DNA from: Candidatus Latescibacterota bacterium
Lineage (GTDB): Bacteria > Latescibacterota > UBA2968 > GCA-2709665
Direction of reading: 5' to 3'
Length of the DNA: 64,000 bases
Assembly: GCA_965226795.1 (NCBI GenBank)
Contig: CBDDDZ010000005.1
Location: 2,496,001 to 2,560,000 of the forward strand
Under the pieces are notes generated by a model. That model saw nothing but the letters and a program-made list of their open reading frames with translations, searched no databases and had not been told where the DNA came from. The position numbers were made by a program, and so were the translations under genes. Positions 1 to 10,279 of this stretch are shown here, in pieces (positions within the stretch are counted from its first letter, which is position 1; every line of letters begins with the position of its first letter).

Positions 1-974
1 CCGCGCACCTCAAGGCGGAACTGCACCAACTGAGACTCCCCGGGCCGCAACTCGTCGGCCTCCAGAAGAATCACACGCGCCAGCACTTCTCGAGGACCGA
101 GGTGCAGATGCACACGCGCCCGGTTCTTAAGCGACACCGGCGCATCCTTCAGCAACCATAAACGGGCGTCAAGCATATAGGTGGAACTGAAATAGCCCTG
201 CTGCGCCAGAAGATCGCCCCGAGTGACCTGATCCACTTCCGCGTCGGCCAGATTGATCGCCGCTCGATGACCGACGTAGGCCGCATCCACGTCCCTGCCA
301 TGCACCTGCACGCCGCGCACCCGTACAGCCCGGTCCGCGGGCTGAAGCATCACCACGTCCTTCACCCGAACCTGGCCGGACAGTACGGTGCCGGTCACGA
401 CCGTACCGAATCCCCGGATCGTGAACACCCGATCCACGGGCAGACGGAACACACCGCCATCCGGACGCGCCTCCACCTTCTCGATTTCCTCTTCCAGCAA
501 TGTGCGGAGCGTCTGAATCCCCTCGCCGGTCACTGCAGACACCGGCACGATCGGCGCGCCATCCAAAAACGTGCCTTCAAAAAGATCGCGTAAATCCTCC
601 GCCACCAGGTCCGTCCAATCCGGCTCCACCAGGTCCACCTTATTCAGCGCCACAACGCCCCGCCGCACACCCAGAAGACTCAGAATACCCAGATGCTCAC
701 GTGTCTGGGGCATGGCCCCGTCATCCGCCGCGACCACAAACAACGCGAGATCCACCGTGCACACGCCCGTCACCATATTCTTCACAAACCGTTCGTGACC
801 GGGCACGTCGATTATTGTGACATGGTCCTTCCAGTATGCAAATCCGATATCGATCGTCACCCCCCGGTCCTTCTCCTGCGGGAGCGTATCCGTATCGATA
901 CCCGTCAGCGCCTTGATCAGTGCGGTCTTGCCATGATCGATATGACCGGCCGTACCGATGATCACGTGTGACAT
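1..974 (-). CDS. selB: Selenocysteine-specific elongation factor SelB (5' part; runs off the window start)
   Basis: Not in the ORF track. Manual translation from ATG at 974: [17 protein letters not shown]...[14 protein letters not shown]...[16 protein letters not shown]...MPQTREHL. Overlaps the selA stop. Confidence 0.95.
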   Translation of the reverse strand, partial: MSHVIIGTAGHIDHGKTALIKALTGIDTDTLPQEKDRGVTIDIGFAYWKDHVTIIDVPGHERFVKNMVTGVCTVDLALFVVAADDGAMPQTREHLGILSLLGVRRGVVALNKVDLVEPDWTDLVAEDLRDLFEGTFLDGAPIVPVSAVTGEGIQTLRTLLEEEIEKVEARPDGGVFRLPVDRVFTIRGFGTVVTGTVLSGQVRVKDVVMLQPADRAVRVRGVQVHGRDVDAAYVGHRAAINLADAEVDQVTRGDLLAQQGYFSSTYMLDARLWLLKDAPVSLKNRARVHLHLGPREVLARVILLEADELRPGESQLVQFRLEVR

Positions 975-2395
975 GAGACTGACTCCACACCAACCCCCAC
1001 CGCCCGGAGCAGCGCGGCCTCGACGTGGCGCAACTCGCCTGCAGCCACCGTCCGCAAATCCAGAAACAGTCGATCGTCCCGCACATATCCGAGTACCGGC
1101 GGGTCGTCCGCGCGCAGTCGGGCCGCAAGGTCGGTCACGGATGCACCCTTTAAAGACACACTTAGCGCCACGCTGGCGATTTCCTCCAGCGGCATGGCAC
1201 CGCTCCCCGTCTGGGCGATTGAATCCACCAGTTCAACCCGCAGCCCTTTTTCCTGCAGCCCGCTCAGCCGCGACAGGCTCCGTCGGCCCCGTCGCTTCAG
1301 GTTCGAGACAGGCTCCGTCAACATCCCAAGCGTGGGATGCCCGCGCATCAATTCCTCCCGGTTCAGGAAAAGCCGCAACGTTGCCGAAAGCGCGGCGTAG
1401 GTCAGTTTGCCGCACCGCAGCGCCCGCATAAGCGGATTCAACCGGATCCTCTCAATGGCGTCTCTCCTCCCCACCACAATGCCCGCCTGGGGGCCGCCCA
1501 ACACCTTGTCGGCGCTGAACGTTACCACGTCGGCGCCAGCCGCCACGCTGTCCGATACCAGGGGCTCGTGCGGCAGCCCGAACTCGCGCATGTCCACCAG
1601 AGCACCGCCACCCAGGTCGTGGACCACGGCCACACCGCGACGATTGCCCAGCGCAACCAGATCCGCCAGCGAAACCGCGGCCGTAAAGCCCATCACCTTG
1701 TAGTTGCTGGGGTGTACCGCCAGCATCAGGCCGGCGCGCCGGGTAAGGGCCGCCTCGTAATCCCGCAAATGGGTCCGGTTGGTTGTGCCTACCTCAACCA
1801 TAACGGCGCCGCTGCGCTCCATGATTTCGGGGATGCGGAAGGATCCTCCGATTTCGATCAATTCGCCTCGTGACACCAACGCCTCTTTACCCAGACACAA
1901 GGAATTCAGAGACAACAATACGGCGGCCGCGTTGTTGTTGACCACGGCTGCCGATTCCGCGCCCGTTAACGCGCACAGCAACTCCTCAACCAGCGCCGCA
2001 CGGGATCCGCGCCGGCCGGTTTCAAGATCCACCTCCAGATTGCTGTACCCCGTGGCGACTCTGGCGACCGCCTGGGCCGCCGCATCGGCCAGCGGCGCGC
2101 GTCCGAGGTTTGTGTGCAACACGATTCCGGTGGCGTTTACCACCCGCTTGAGCCCGGGATCGGTTATGCGCGCCACCCGCAGACAGGCCTGGCGCACCAC
2201 CCGCACCACGAGCGCATCCCTGGATTCACCGTTCGCATCACCGCCGAGCATGGCCTGTCGGACGGCGTCGATACCCTCGCGCACGAAACGCGTGACCAGC
2301 GGCTGATCGCAACGCTCGAGCAACGCCTGGACCTCGGGCTCGGCCAGCACAGCGTCAACCGACGGAATCAATGACAAGTTGGCATGTCCTGCCAT
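962..2395 (-). CDS. selA: L-seryl-tRNA(Sec) selenium transferase
   Basis: VVNATGIVLHTNLGRAPL, SRGELIEIGGSFRIP, VEVGTTNRT, PLP-lysine motif FSADKVLGGPQAG. ATG at 2395 has GGAGA upstream (track start 2416). Confidence 0.97.
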   Translation of the reverse strand: MAGHANLSLIPSVDAVLAEPEVQALLERCDQPLVTRFVREGIDAVRQAMLGGDANGESRDALVVRVVRQACLRVARITDPGLKRVVNATGIVLHTNLGRAPLADAAAQAVARVATGYSNLEVDLETGRRGSRAALVEELLCALTGAESAAVVNNNAAAVLLSLNSLCLGKEALVSRGELIEIGGSFRIPEIMERSGAVMVEVGTTNRTHLRDYEAALTRRAGLMLAVHPSNYKVMGFTAAVSLADLVALGNRRGVAVVHDLGGGALVDMREFGLPHEPLVSDSVAAGADVVTFSADKVLGGPQAGIVVGRRDAIERIRLNPLMRALRCGKLTYAALSATLRLFLNREELMRGHPTLGMLTEPVSNLKRRGRRSLSRLSGLQEKGLRVELVDSIAQTGSGAMPLEEIASVALSVSLKGASVTDLAARLRADDPPVLGYVRDDRLFLDLRTVAAGELRHVEAALLRAVGVGVESVSCHT

Positions 2396-2485
2396 ATTTC
2401 TCCCGATATTGGACACGACTTACGATGCACGGCGAAGGCAAATACGTGGACGGGATTGTGTCCGGCACACCCGAACGTCCTGTCT

Positions 2486-4708
2486 TCAGGGTACAATCCT
2501 GAACGAAATCTCCTTTGAAGCCCGATCATCTGACAACAAATCCGTGACCGCCACCTTGACCTGCTGCCCGCCCTCCTCCGTTTCGGTCAGGTCCAGTTCG
2601 ACGTAGGCAACTTCATCCGGCCGGTTGCCGGCCTGGTCGTAAGCAATTACGATTTCCTGATCCTTTTCGGACAGCCGGAACACCCGACCCAGTCCGTGCA
2701 GAATCTTTGCAGGGAGCGCCCTTTTTCGTCGCGACCGCAACGTATATTCCACTCGATAACGCGTTTGACCGAATGCATCCTGCTTCAAATTGTAAATTTC
2801 GAAATACACGAACGCATTCTGATGGCTCCGGAACGCCAGGGACGACATCGGAATGACCTTAAGGCCGTACTTAACATACTCTCCCGAGGGCTCGTCGGTC
2901 GGCTCCGTCGCAAAGGCCAGTTCGATATCGCTGACCAGCAGCCTGGATGGTTTGTGATAGTCCTCCAGAACAACCGCCTGCTGGTACACCTGAGATTTAC
3001 CGGAAACCACGTCCCTTACCTGTAGTGCCATATGGTATGTCCCCGCCGGCAAATGCACGGGCATAACGCCCGGAATGAATGCGCCGTCTGCAACTTGCTG
3101 GTCCGTGGGCGCCCTGAAGGCCATCTGATTCACCTCCCGATGAACTTCATTCCACAAACTGTCGTAGAAGGCCACGCCCCTGTCCAGCAAGATCAGATCC
3201 GTCTTCTCGTCCACGTTCAACCGAACCACCTCGGATGCCGGCAGCCCGTAGTAGACCTCCAGGCGCGTTTTGGACTCCGGACCCTTGAAGTCGGCCGGAT
3301 AGTAGTAGAAATCGATTGGCAGATCGGCAAAATCGGGCGAATAGAGTGACGGCCGCCTGGCCACGACATTCTGCATCACCACCCCGCCCTGAAAATCGGC
3401 CAGGTGGACACCGAGATGGGGCGCGATCTGTAGCGGAAACGGGGCGTAATCGTAACGTCTGCCCTCAAAGACCTCCGCGAAAGTGATCTCTATTCCGCCG
3501 TCCAGCTGCGCATAAATCCAATATTCCCACTTGGCATTCGCAGCAACCGGAAAGATTGGGAGCCCCGGTGAAATGGCCAGCGCGATACGAGACCGGTTCA
3601 CGAAATTCACGCGCGCTTCCTGTAGCTCCCGATTCCGTTCGGCCTTAACATCGTCCCATCTGCTGACGTGGTCCGGATTTCCCAGCCGGATGAAAACCTC
3701 GCCCCGCTTATCCCAGCCGCCATCCGGCCTCGCGAAGTGTTCCAGCGCGTAGGCTACCCGGCGATAGTTCTCCAGAAGACGCTCGTTTTCAGGGGTGAGC
3801 GGCGTCGGATCGCGCCGGTTCCAGAACTGCATGGCGAGCGCATCCTTTTCCTCCGGTGACGCCGCCTCGTAACGCGCGAGATCCTTGTCGGCCGCCACCA
3901 GAGAAATGTCTCGATATCTGCGCCGTTCGGCTTCGGTAAGAAAGGAGAAATAGTCCTCGAACAGTTCGTTCGCGCGCTCGAAATCCCGATTTATCAGGCC
4001 GATGATCGCAAGGTCGCGACCGGCGAGAATCCCGGCATCGCCGCCGGCCTTGAGCAGCCCTGAGAGCGTATTGACTGCCTCGTTGCCTTCCCCTAGCAAG
4101 AGCCATAAATTGGCCAGCCGAATTCCCGCGTGCGGGTGTGACGGATTTACGTCCATCTCCCGCTGGTAGGCGGAAATCGCCTCGTGTCGCTTGCCGTCGT
4201 TTTCCAGCAACAGCCCCACCTGGTAATGCGCGTCTGGGTAGTCCGCATCGATTTCAATCACTTTCTCAAACGCATCCCGAGCCCGGTGCCGCCGTGTTTC
4301 CAGGTAGACCCCCGCCAGGTGATACTGCGCCTCGGCCATTTCCGGATCGGCCTTGAGGGCTCGCCTGAAATTAGTCTCAGCGCGTCTGAATCCCTGCTTT
4401 GAAGCCACATAAGCCAATCCCAGCCCGTTGTACCCGGCCGCTTTCGCGCCTTTTTTCACGGCCTTTCTGAACGCCTTTTTGGCCGCCTTCCGGTTGCCGG
4501 CACCCAGATACGCATGTCCAAGAAGAACGTGATCCTGCGCCGTTTCGTTGCCCGTGTTGATTACCTGCTTCAGCACGGCAATAGCCCGCTCCGGCCGGCC
4601 CCGCTTTACGGCCGCTTCTGCCTCGACCCGAAGAGAATCCACCGGCGCCGCTGTCACCCCGGACCCGAACGGAACAATCGAGACAAAAAGAGCAATAATC
4701 CACGTCAT
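2486..4708 (-). CDS. Exported TPR + GWxTD domain protein (paralog 1)
   Basis: Signal-like N-terminus MTWIIALF, TPR repeats, FWNRRDPTPLTPENERLLENYRRV and GWDKRGEVFIRLGNPD, beta-rich C-terminus with FVYFEIYNL. Confidence 0.85.
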   Translation of the reverse strand: MTWIIALFVSIVPFGSGVTAAPVDSLRVEAEAAVKRGRPERAIAVLKQVINTGNETAQDHVLLGHAYLGAGNRKAAKKAFRKAVKKGAKAAGYNGLGLAYVASKQGFRRAETNFRRALKADPEMAEAQYHLAGVYLETRRHRARDAFEKVIEIDADYPDAHYQVGLLLENDGKRHEAISAYQREMDVNPSHPHAGIRLANLWLLLGEGNEAVNTLSGLLKAGGDAGILAGRDLAIIGLINRDFERANELFEDYFSFLTEAERRRYRDISLVAADKDLARYEAASPEEKDALAMQFWNRRDPTPLTPENERLLENYRRVAYALEHFARPDGGWDKRGEVFIRLGNPDHVSRWDDVKAERNRELQEARVNFVNRSRIALAISPGLPIFPVAANAKWEYWIYAQLDGGIEITFAEVFEGRRYDYAPFPLQIAPHLGVHLADFQGGVVMQNVVARRPSLYSPDFADLPIDFYYYPADFKGPESKTRLEVYYGLPASEVVRLNVDEKTDLILLDRGVAFYDSLWNEVHREVNQMAFRAPTDQQVADGAFIPGVMPVHLPAGTYHMALQVRDVVSGKSQVYQQAVVLEDYHKPSRLLVSDIELAFATEPTDEPSGEYVKYGLKVIPMSSLAFRSHQNAFVYFEIYNLKQDAFGQTRYRVEYTLRSRRKRALPAKILHGLGRVFRLSEKDQEIVIAYDQAGNRPDEVAYVELDLTETEEGGQQVKVAVTDLLSDDRASKEISFRIVP

Positions 4709-4850
4709 GGTCGGACCTTCCGGGAAAGAACACACAATAGGGTCATTAAGAAAATCTATCGAATCTGTTCCCCGTGCGCAAAGGATTTCTATGCATGGCG
4801 CACGGGCGAAGGGGTTGTTTGAAGTCCCTGGAAATCAGGACGCTTCGGCA

Positions 4851-4879
4851 TTGACAACGCACGAGGCAGGGTTTATCTT
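4851..4879 (+). promoter_or_regulatory. Putative sigma70 promoter of the GalU-like gene
   Basis: TTGACA-17 nt-TATCTT, about 30 nt before ATG 4911. Confidence 0.55.
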
Positions 4880-4910
4880 TCTGGCCGGTATATCTTCGGA
4901 AGGATCTAAA

Positions 4911-5837
4911 ATGTGCGTCCGAAAAGTCGTCATTCCGGTTGCCGGGCTCGGCACCCGCTTATTGCCCACGACGAGAGCCCTGCCAAAAGAGATGCTGCCA
5001 GTAGGCAAATATCCCGCCATACAGCATGTCGTCGAGGAGTTGGTGCATGCCAATCTGAAGAAATGTCTCTTCATTACCTCTCACAACAAGACCATAATTG
5101 AAAACCAGTTCGATAATAATGTAGACCTCGCCTCCCAGTCGGAACAAAACCACGGCTGGAATGACCCGAGTAACTTCGACTACAGCCAGCGCGGTATCGA
5201 GTTTTTTTATACCCGGCAACAGGCGTTGTCCCCTACTATCAAGCTTCGGGGTACGGGTGCGGCGATACTCGCGGCCGAGAGTTTCGTGGACAAAGAGCAT
5301 TTCGCGGTTGCCTACGGCGATACCATCATCAACACCAGACAAAAGCCAAACTTTATGGCTCGAATGATCGAATGTCATCTCAGATACAATTCCGCCTGTA
5401 CCGTGGGCATCCGCCCCGTCACGTCCGATATGGTCGGACGCTACGGCATTGTCAAACCAGATTCGGAAGATGATCTGAACGCCGACAGCTTCTCCATAGA
5501 TGACCTTGTGGAAAAACCCGGCGCGGACGAAGCGCCCAGCCTTATGGCGGTGAGCGCCCGTTATGTCTTCAGCCCTGAAATCTTCGACGAAATCCGCAGG
5601 CTGACGCCGGTCAGAGGCGGCGAACTAGGTGTTACTGACGCCATTCGGGGCCTGATAAGACGGGGAAAGCCGGTCAGATGCGTGCGTTTGCTGCCCGACG
5701 AAACGAGGTACGATATCGGAAGCCACGTAAGTTACTACAAAGCGTTTATCGACTTTGCCCTTCAGGATCCCGAATGTGGAGAAAAAATTCAGGAATACCT
5801 TGAAGCCTGCGTAAAGCATATCGCAAAGAGGCCCTGA
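4911..5837 (+). CDS. galU: UTP--glucose-1-phosphate uridylyltransferase family (GalU/GtaB-like)
   Basis: KVVIPVAGLGTRLLPTTRALPKEMLPV, RYGIV, LVEKP, RYVFSPEIF. Start placed at ATG 4911 inside ORF 4548..5837. Confidence 0.8.
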   Translation: MCVRKVVIPVAGLGTRLLPTTRALPKEMLPVGKYPAIQHVVEELVHANLKKCLFITSHNKTIIENQFDNNVDLASQSEQNHGWNDPSNFDYSQRGIEFFYTRQQALSPTIKLRGTGAAILAAESFVDKEHFAVAYGDTIINTRQKPNFMARMIECHLRYNSACTVGIRPVTSDMVGRYGIVKPDSEDDLNADSFSIDDLVEKPGADEAPSLMAVSARYVFSPEIFDEIRRLTPVRGGELGVTDAIRGLIRRGKPVRCVRLLPDETRYDIGSHVSYYKAFIDFALQDPECGEKIQEYLEACVKHIAKRP

Positions 5838-6074
5838 TCCGACAGCCCGCAGGAAAAGCACCCTCGCCGACTCCATAAAAAGAAGCCCTCCGGAGCACAG
5901 AGATCCGAAGGGATTAACTAAACGCAACATTAGACAGAAATATCGTCCGGGACGGGTATACACGACTGCCGGGTGTCTATCGATCGTATCGGCGTTTAAC
6001 CCCGCATTTACGTTGGTACGGGGTTCGACTTCTGTCGACAGATGTTCCCGTTATCCCCGGGTTCATTCGACCGT

Positions 6075-6530
6075 TCATCGCCTTACCTCATCGTCGCTCA
6101 CCAGTTTCTCGCCGTCGAAAATCATCTTATCCTTTTCGTAAATGCAGCCGGTCTCCTCTTCCAGTGCGTATTTCATCAACTGTCCGAGCGACATGTGGTT
6201 GAATACCTCTTTCGGGTCGTTGTATTTTTCAATCAGTTTTTCGATTGGACCCTCGAACTGGATCGCCCTGCGAACGGGTCGTTTCTTTTCGCGACGTTCC
6301 CGTTCCTCCTTGGTGAGGATGGGAAGGCGCTCCGCCGCCGGTCCAAGCCGGCTGGTATACTCCTGCCGCTGGCGAAACCGATCGTGCCGCTTCTCGAGTT
6401 CCGACTTATCCCCCACGTTGTCGTAATACGCCGAAACTTCGTCCGCCTTCTGCCTGAATCGCTCCTGTTCCTGATCCTTCAGTTCATCGTTTCCCACTTG
6501 CCGCATAATGTCCTTAACCGACTTGTTCAT
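6075..6530 (-). CDS. Hypothetical, highly charged 151-aa protein
   Basis: GGAGGGG RBS upstream, own promoter candidate, protein-like composition; no family recognised. Confidence 0.7.
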   Translation of the reverse strand: MNKSVKDIMRQVGNDELKDQEQERFRQKADEVSAYYDNVGDKSELEKRHDRFRQRQEYTSRLGPAAERLPILTKEERERREKKRPVRRAIQFEGPIEKLIEKYNDPKEVFNHMSLGQLMKYALEEETGCIYEKDKMIFDGEKLVSDDEVRR

Positions 6531-6620
6531 TCATACCCCTCCAGATCGTTGGAACACCCGGGCACGCAAATGCATTAATTGCGGGGCGACAATATTTTCC
6601 GATGCAGATCCACGATAAAA

Positions 6621-6649
6621 AACATACACCGCGCCCCGGCTTTTGTCAA
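6621..6649 (-). promoter_or_regulatory. Putative sigma70 promoter of the 151-aa gene
   Basis: Minus strand TTGACA-17 nt-TATGTT. Confidence 0.6.
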
Positions 6650-6692
6650 CGGCTAATTTCCCGTCGTTACGCGGTCGCGATCCCGAAAACCG

Positions 6693-6721
6693 TTGACTCC
6701 GGCCGCCCTCCGGCGTAGTTT
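6693..6721 (+). promoter_or_regulatory. Putative sigma70 promoter of mazG (divergent from the previous one)
   Basis: TTGACT-17 nt-TAGTTT. Confidence 0.5.
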
Positions 6722-6814
6722 GTCGTCGGGCGAATACCCGGTCCGGTGCCCGGGACTCGCGAACCCCGTTTTCCTGCGCGCGGCCTTTCCCCAACCCATT
6801 CTAAGGAATTCAGG

Positions 6815-7621
6815 ATGTCCGAACTCGATCGCCTCGTCAATCTCATGGCCCGGCTTCGCGGCCCGGACGGATGCCCCTGGGACCGCGAGCAGACGCACCA
6901 GAGCCTCAAACCCTATCTGATTGAAGAGACCTACGAAGCCCTGGACGCCATCGACAGGGATGACGCCGATGGTCTGCGGGACGAACTGGGTGACGTTCTC
7001 CTTCAAGTCGTCTTCCACGCGCAACTCGCCCGGGAGGACGCCCGGTTCACCCTCGATGACGTCGCGGACGCCACGTCTGAAAAACTCATTCGCCGGCATC
7101 CTCACGTATTCGGGAACGCCACCGCGGACACCCCGGGGCAGGTGGTTGACAACTGGGAAGCCATCAAATCGCGGGAAAAGACGAGAAAAGGACTGAATCC
7201 ATCCATCCTCGACGGCATACCCGTGCAACTTCCCGCATTGCTAAGAGCGCGACGCGTCCAGGAGCGGGCAGCCAAGTCGGGCTTCGACTGGACAAACACC
7301 GACGAGGTTGTAGACAAGGTACGCGAGGAAGTGGACGAGTTTCTGGAAGCGTGGCGGGGCGCCGACCAAACGGGTGTGGAAGAAGAGCTTGGCGACCTCC
7401 TCTTCTCCCTGGTCAACCTCGCCAGGTTTCTGAAAGTCTGCCCTGAAAACGCGCTTCGGAAGACCGTTGGGAAATTCGAGAACCGTTTTCGATATATAGA
7501 ACGGGAACTCGGAAAACAGGGCAAGAGCCCCCAGAACGCCAGTCTGGATGAAATGGACCGGCTATGGGAAGCGTCCAAGAAACCGCGGGCGGAAAGGATC
7601 ACAGTCGATCCCGATTCATGA
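6815..7621 (+). CDS. mazG: Nucleoside triphosphate pyrophosphohydrolase MazG
   Basis: LRGPDGCPWDREQTHQSL, EETYE, DELGDVLLQVVFH, KLIRRHPHVF, second domain EEELGDLLFSLVN. AAGGA RBS before ATG 6815. Confidence 0.96.
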   Translation: MSELDRLVNLMARLRGPDGCPWDREQTHQSLKPYLIEETYEALDAIDRDDADGLRDELGDVLLQVVFHAQLAREDARFTLDDVADATSEKLIRRHPHVFGNATADTPGQVVDNWEAIKSREKTRKGLNPSILDGIPVQLPALLRARRVQERAAKSGFDWTNTDEVVDKVREEVDEFLEAWRGADQTGVEEELGDLLFSLVNLARFLKVCPENALRKTVGKFENRFRYIERELGKQGKSPQNASLDEMDRLWEASKKPRAERITVDPDS

Positions 7622-7791
7622 GTCGGCCTTCCGGAGACCGCGGGATCTCAATTTGGTCGGTGGCAGCCAGGGTCCAAAGCAGTATGAGACGCAACCGCCG
7701 TGTGGCGACGAATCCACGTTGGAACCCGCTGCCATTGAGCGAATTCACCGATTGCACGGTCGTTTTTATCCCTGTCCGACTCGCCTATCCT

Positions 7792-8763
7792 TCATTTCAA
7801 CACCGTGCGTTCATACACCTGTACCGCAGCCATCAGATCCTGAATCGCCATTCCCGTGAAATAGGAAATGGCGCCCTGGCCGCGCCGGTCTTCCAGACGG
7901 CCCAGCGCAGCGTCTCCAATGGTCAGGACGTTTCCTTCTCCGTCCGCCGCGAACCTGTCCCCGCCCAACCCGGCCGACAGGAAATCTCCCGACTTCAGCG
8001 CCTGTTCAGGATGGTCGGCAACCACCTCCCGGCTGCTCAGCAGCCCAGGTTCGAGTTGAGCGGTCCTCGGGTCGCCCGCGATCACGGACAGATGCACCGT
8101 GTCCGCAATGTCCGATGGTCCCAGAATCGGGCAGGGCGTTGGAACCGCCGTCAGCACGGCATCCGCGCCATCCAGACAGTCGCCAATCGAGTTGACGACC
8201 CGCACCCTGGCGTTCACTTTCGGTTCCACGAACGCTGCGAAGGCCTCGAGGTTTGCGGCGCTTCTGCTGGTCGCCCTGATCTCGCGCGGTCCGAGGGCAG
8301 CGTCGGCGCACAGGGCGAGCGCACGTGAAATTCGTCCGGTGCCCACAATCGCCAGCACAACCGCACCGCTGCCCAGGTAGCGGACACCCAGCGCGCCCGC
8401 CGCGCCCGTGCGCATATTGGTCAGATATTCCGCCTCCAGCACGGCCCTCCGGCCCGTCGTCAGATCATCCAGTTCGATCACGGCGGTGCGCCCTGCAAGC
8501 CGCCCCGTGGAGACGTCCGATCGCTCCTCTATAATCTTCCTCGCGCGGTACCGTCCCGGCCACTGTGCGGGCATTTCCAGTCGAAACAGATCCTCGCCTT
8601 CAGTCCTGCGTACAGTTTCCCGGCGCGGCGGATTCGACACCTGTCCCAACCCATAGAGGCGGAACGCCCGGTCACAGCCAGCAAGGACATCCTCAACCGA
8701 GAGTATTTCCTCGATTTCCGCATCTGAGATCTTCAATGTGCCGTCCAACGGTCCGCCCTCCAT
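7792..8763 (-). CDS. Ornithine cyclodeaminase/mu-crystallin family protein
   Basis: LTNMRTGAAGALG, Rossmann-type IVGTGRIS, C-terminal FTGMAIQDL. Start uncertain. Confidence 0.8.
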   Translation of the reverse strand: MEGGPLDGTLKISDAEIEEILSVEDVLAGCDRAFRLYGLGQVSNPPRRETVRRTEGEDLFRLEMPAQWPGRYRARKIIEERSDVSTGRLAGRTAVIELDDLTTGRRAVLEAEYLTNMRTGAAGALGVRYLGSGAVVLAIVGTGRISRALALCADAALGPREIRATSRSAANLEAFAAFVEPKVNARVRVVNSIGDCLDGADAVLTAVPTPCPILGPSDIADTVHLSVIAGDPRTAQLEPGLLSSREVVADHPEQALKSGDFLSAGLGGDRFAADGEGNVLTIGDAALGRLEDRRGQGAISYFTGMAIQDLMAAVQVYERTVLK

Positions 8764-9112
8764 TGTGTCAATAGGGACATCCCTGAAAATAACGTCGTGC
8801 GGCGGGTGATGTCATTGGTCGGGGCCCATCGGTTTTTCGTGGGTTCCGATTTCAGACCGGTACAACCGATGCCGGCGGGAGACACGGTCGCTCAGTCGTC
8901 GGCGCAAATGGAGAACCGGTTCCATCCGAACTTACGCGACCGTTGCCACATTGTGAAGAGAAAAGTTGAAGGGCGCCGCGAGATCCCCATCCGCGCACGA
9001 CCTGCCCCGCGCCCGGCACGGAAATTCGACTTGACGGGGCGGGACTCAGGATCAATATTGTTGTTCCGTTTCCATAAAATTCGGACCTTCGGGACCTTTT
9101 GCGAGGCATTTC

Positions 9113-10279
9113 ATGAAAATCACGGAAGTCGAAACGTTCATTGCCGGCAACCCCTGGAAAAACTGGCTCTTCACCCGCGTCCAAACGGACGAGGGCGTAT
9201 ACGGTATCGGTGAAGGCACGGTCAACTTCATGGCCAGGACCGTTGAATCCGCCATACACGAACTCAGGCCAATGTGGGAAGGACAGGATCCGTTCCAGCC
9301 CGAACGCATTCTCCAGCGGATGTACCGCGACGTCTACACCGACGGCGGTCAGATTCATAAACACGCGGTTGCGGCCATCGAAGTTGCGTGCTGGGACATT
9401 ATGGGCAAGTGCCTGAACAAACCCGTCTACCAGCTTCTGGGCGGCCAGATGCGCGACAGAATCAGAGCCTATGCCAACGGCTGGTATCGCGGCCCCCGGA
9501 CGCCCGAAAACTTTCACGAAAAGGCGCAGGACGTGGTTCGCCGGGGATACACGGCCCTCAAATTCGACCCCTTCGGCTCCGCCTACCAGATTACGGACCT
9601 GGACGACGAGGCGCTCGCCATCGACATCATCGCGGCAGTTCGCGACGCCGTGGGACCCAGCGTAGACGTTCTCGTGGAAGGGCATTGCCGCTTCAGTTCG
9701 TCCACCGCCCTCAAGTTCGCCCGCAAAATGGAACCCTACAACCCCACCTGGTTTGAAGAACCGACGCCCCACCACAAGATTGACGCCCTCACCCGGGTCG
9801 CGAGAGAGTCGCCGGTGCCCATTGCAACGGGGGAGAGCCTTCATACGAAATATCAATTCGCAGAACTGCTGAAGCACGACGTCGTACACATCCTGCAGCC
9901 GGAACCCCTGGCCTGCGGAGGGCTCTGGGCCACCCGCATGATATGCGATATGGTCGACGCGCACTATGGCGTTGTCGCGCCACACGACGCCCAGGGTCCC
10001 GTATGTACAGCCATCTGCCTGCAGCTGGCGGCCTGTACGCCCAACCACTTCATCCAGGAAACCTTCGACGAATTCAACGTGGCGTGGGAACGGGACCTGG
10101 TTACCGGCGAAAGGTTCGACGTCGTCGACGGCTACTTCAGGGTGCCTGCCGCACCCGGCCTGGGCATCGATCTCAACGTGGACGAGATCCGCAAACACCC
10201 CTATTCCGTGAACAATCACCTGCCGCTCTTCCGAGACGGTTGGGAACGCCGAGTTTCCCAGGAGGAAGTGACGTCATGA
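9113..10279 (+). CDS. Mandelate racemase/muconate-lactonising enzyme family (galactonate dehydratase-like)
   Basis: NWLFTRVQTDEGVYGIGE, WDIMGK, ALKFDPF, VEGH, WFEEP, IATGE, P-G-L-G tail. Confidence 0.9.
   Translation: MKITEVETFIAGNPWKNWLFTRVQTDEGVYGIGEGTVNFMARTVESAIHELRPMWEGQDPFQPERILQRMYRDVYTDGGQIHKHAVAAIEVACWDIMGKCLNKPVYQLLGGQMRDRIRAYANGWYRGPRTPENFHEKAQDVVRRGYTALKFDPFGSAYQITDLDDEALAIDIIAAVRDAVGPSVDVLVEGHCRFSSSTALKFARKMEPYNPTWFEEPTPHHKIDALTRVARESPVPIATGESLHTKYQFAELLKHDVVHILQPEPLACGGLWATRMICDMVDAHYGVVAPHDAQGPVCTAICLQLAACTPNHFIQETFDEFNVAWERDLVTGERFDVVDGYFRVPAAPGLGIDLNVDEIRKHPYSVNNHLPLFRDGWERRVSQEEVTS

Noticed and set aside
5990..6040. tRNA(Sec) suggested by GGGTTCGACT
   Set aside because: The T-stem does not close properly, and there is no UCA anticodon arm or acceptor stem.
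6815..7621. MazG as an anti-phage or TA-linked module
   Set aside because: Ordinary two-domain housekeeping MazG with no mazEF or defence genes adjacent.
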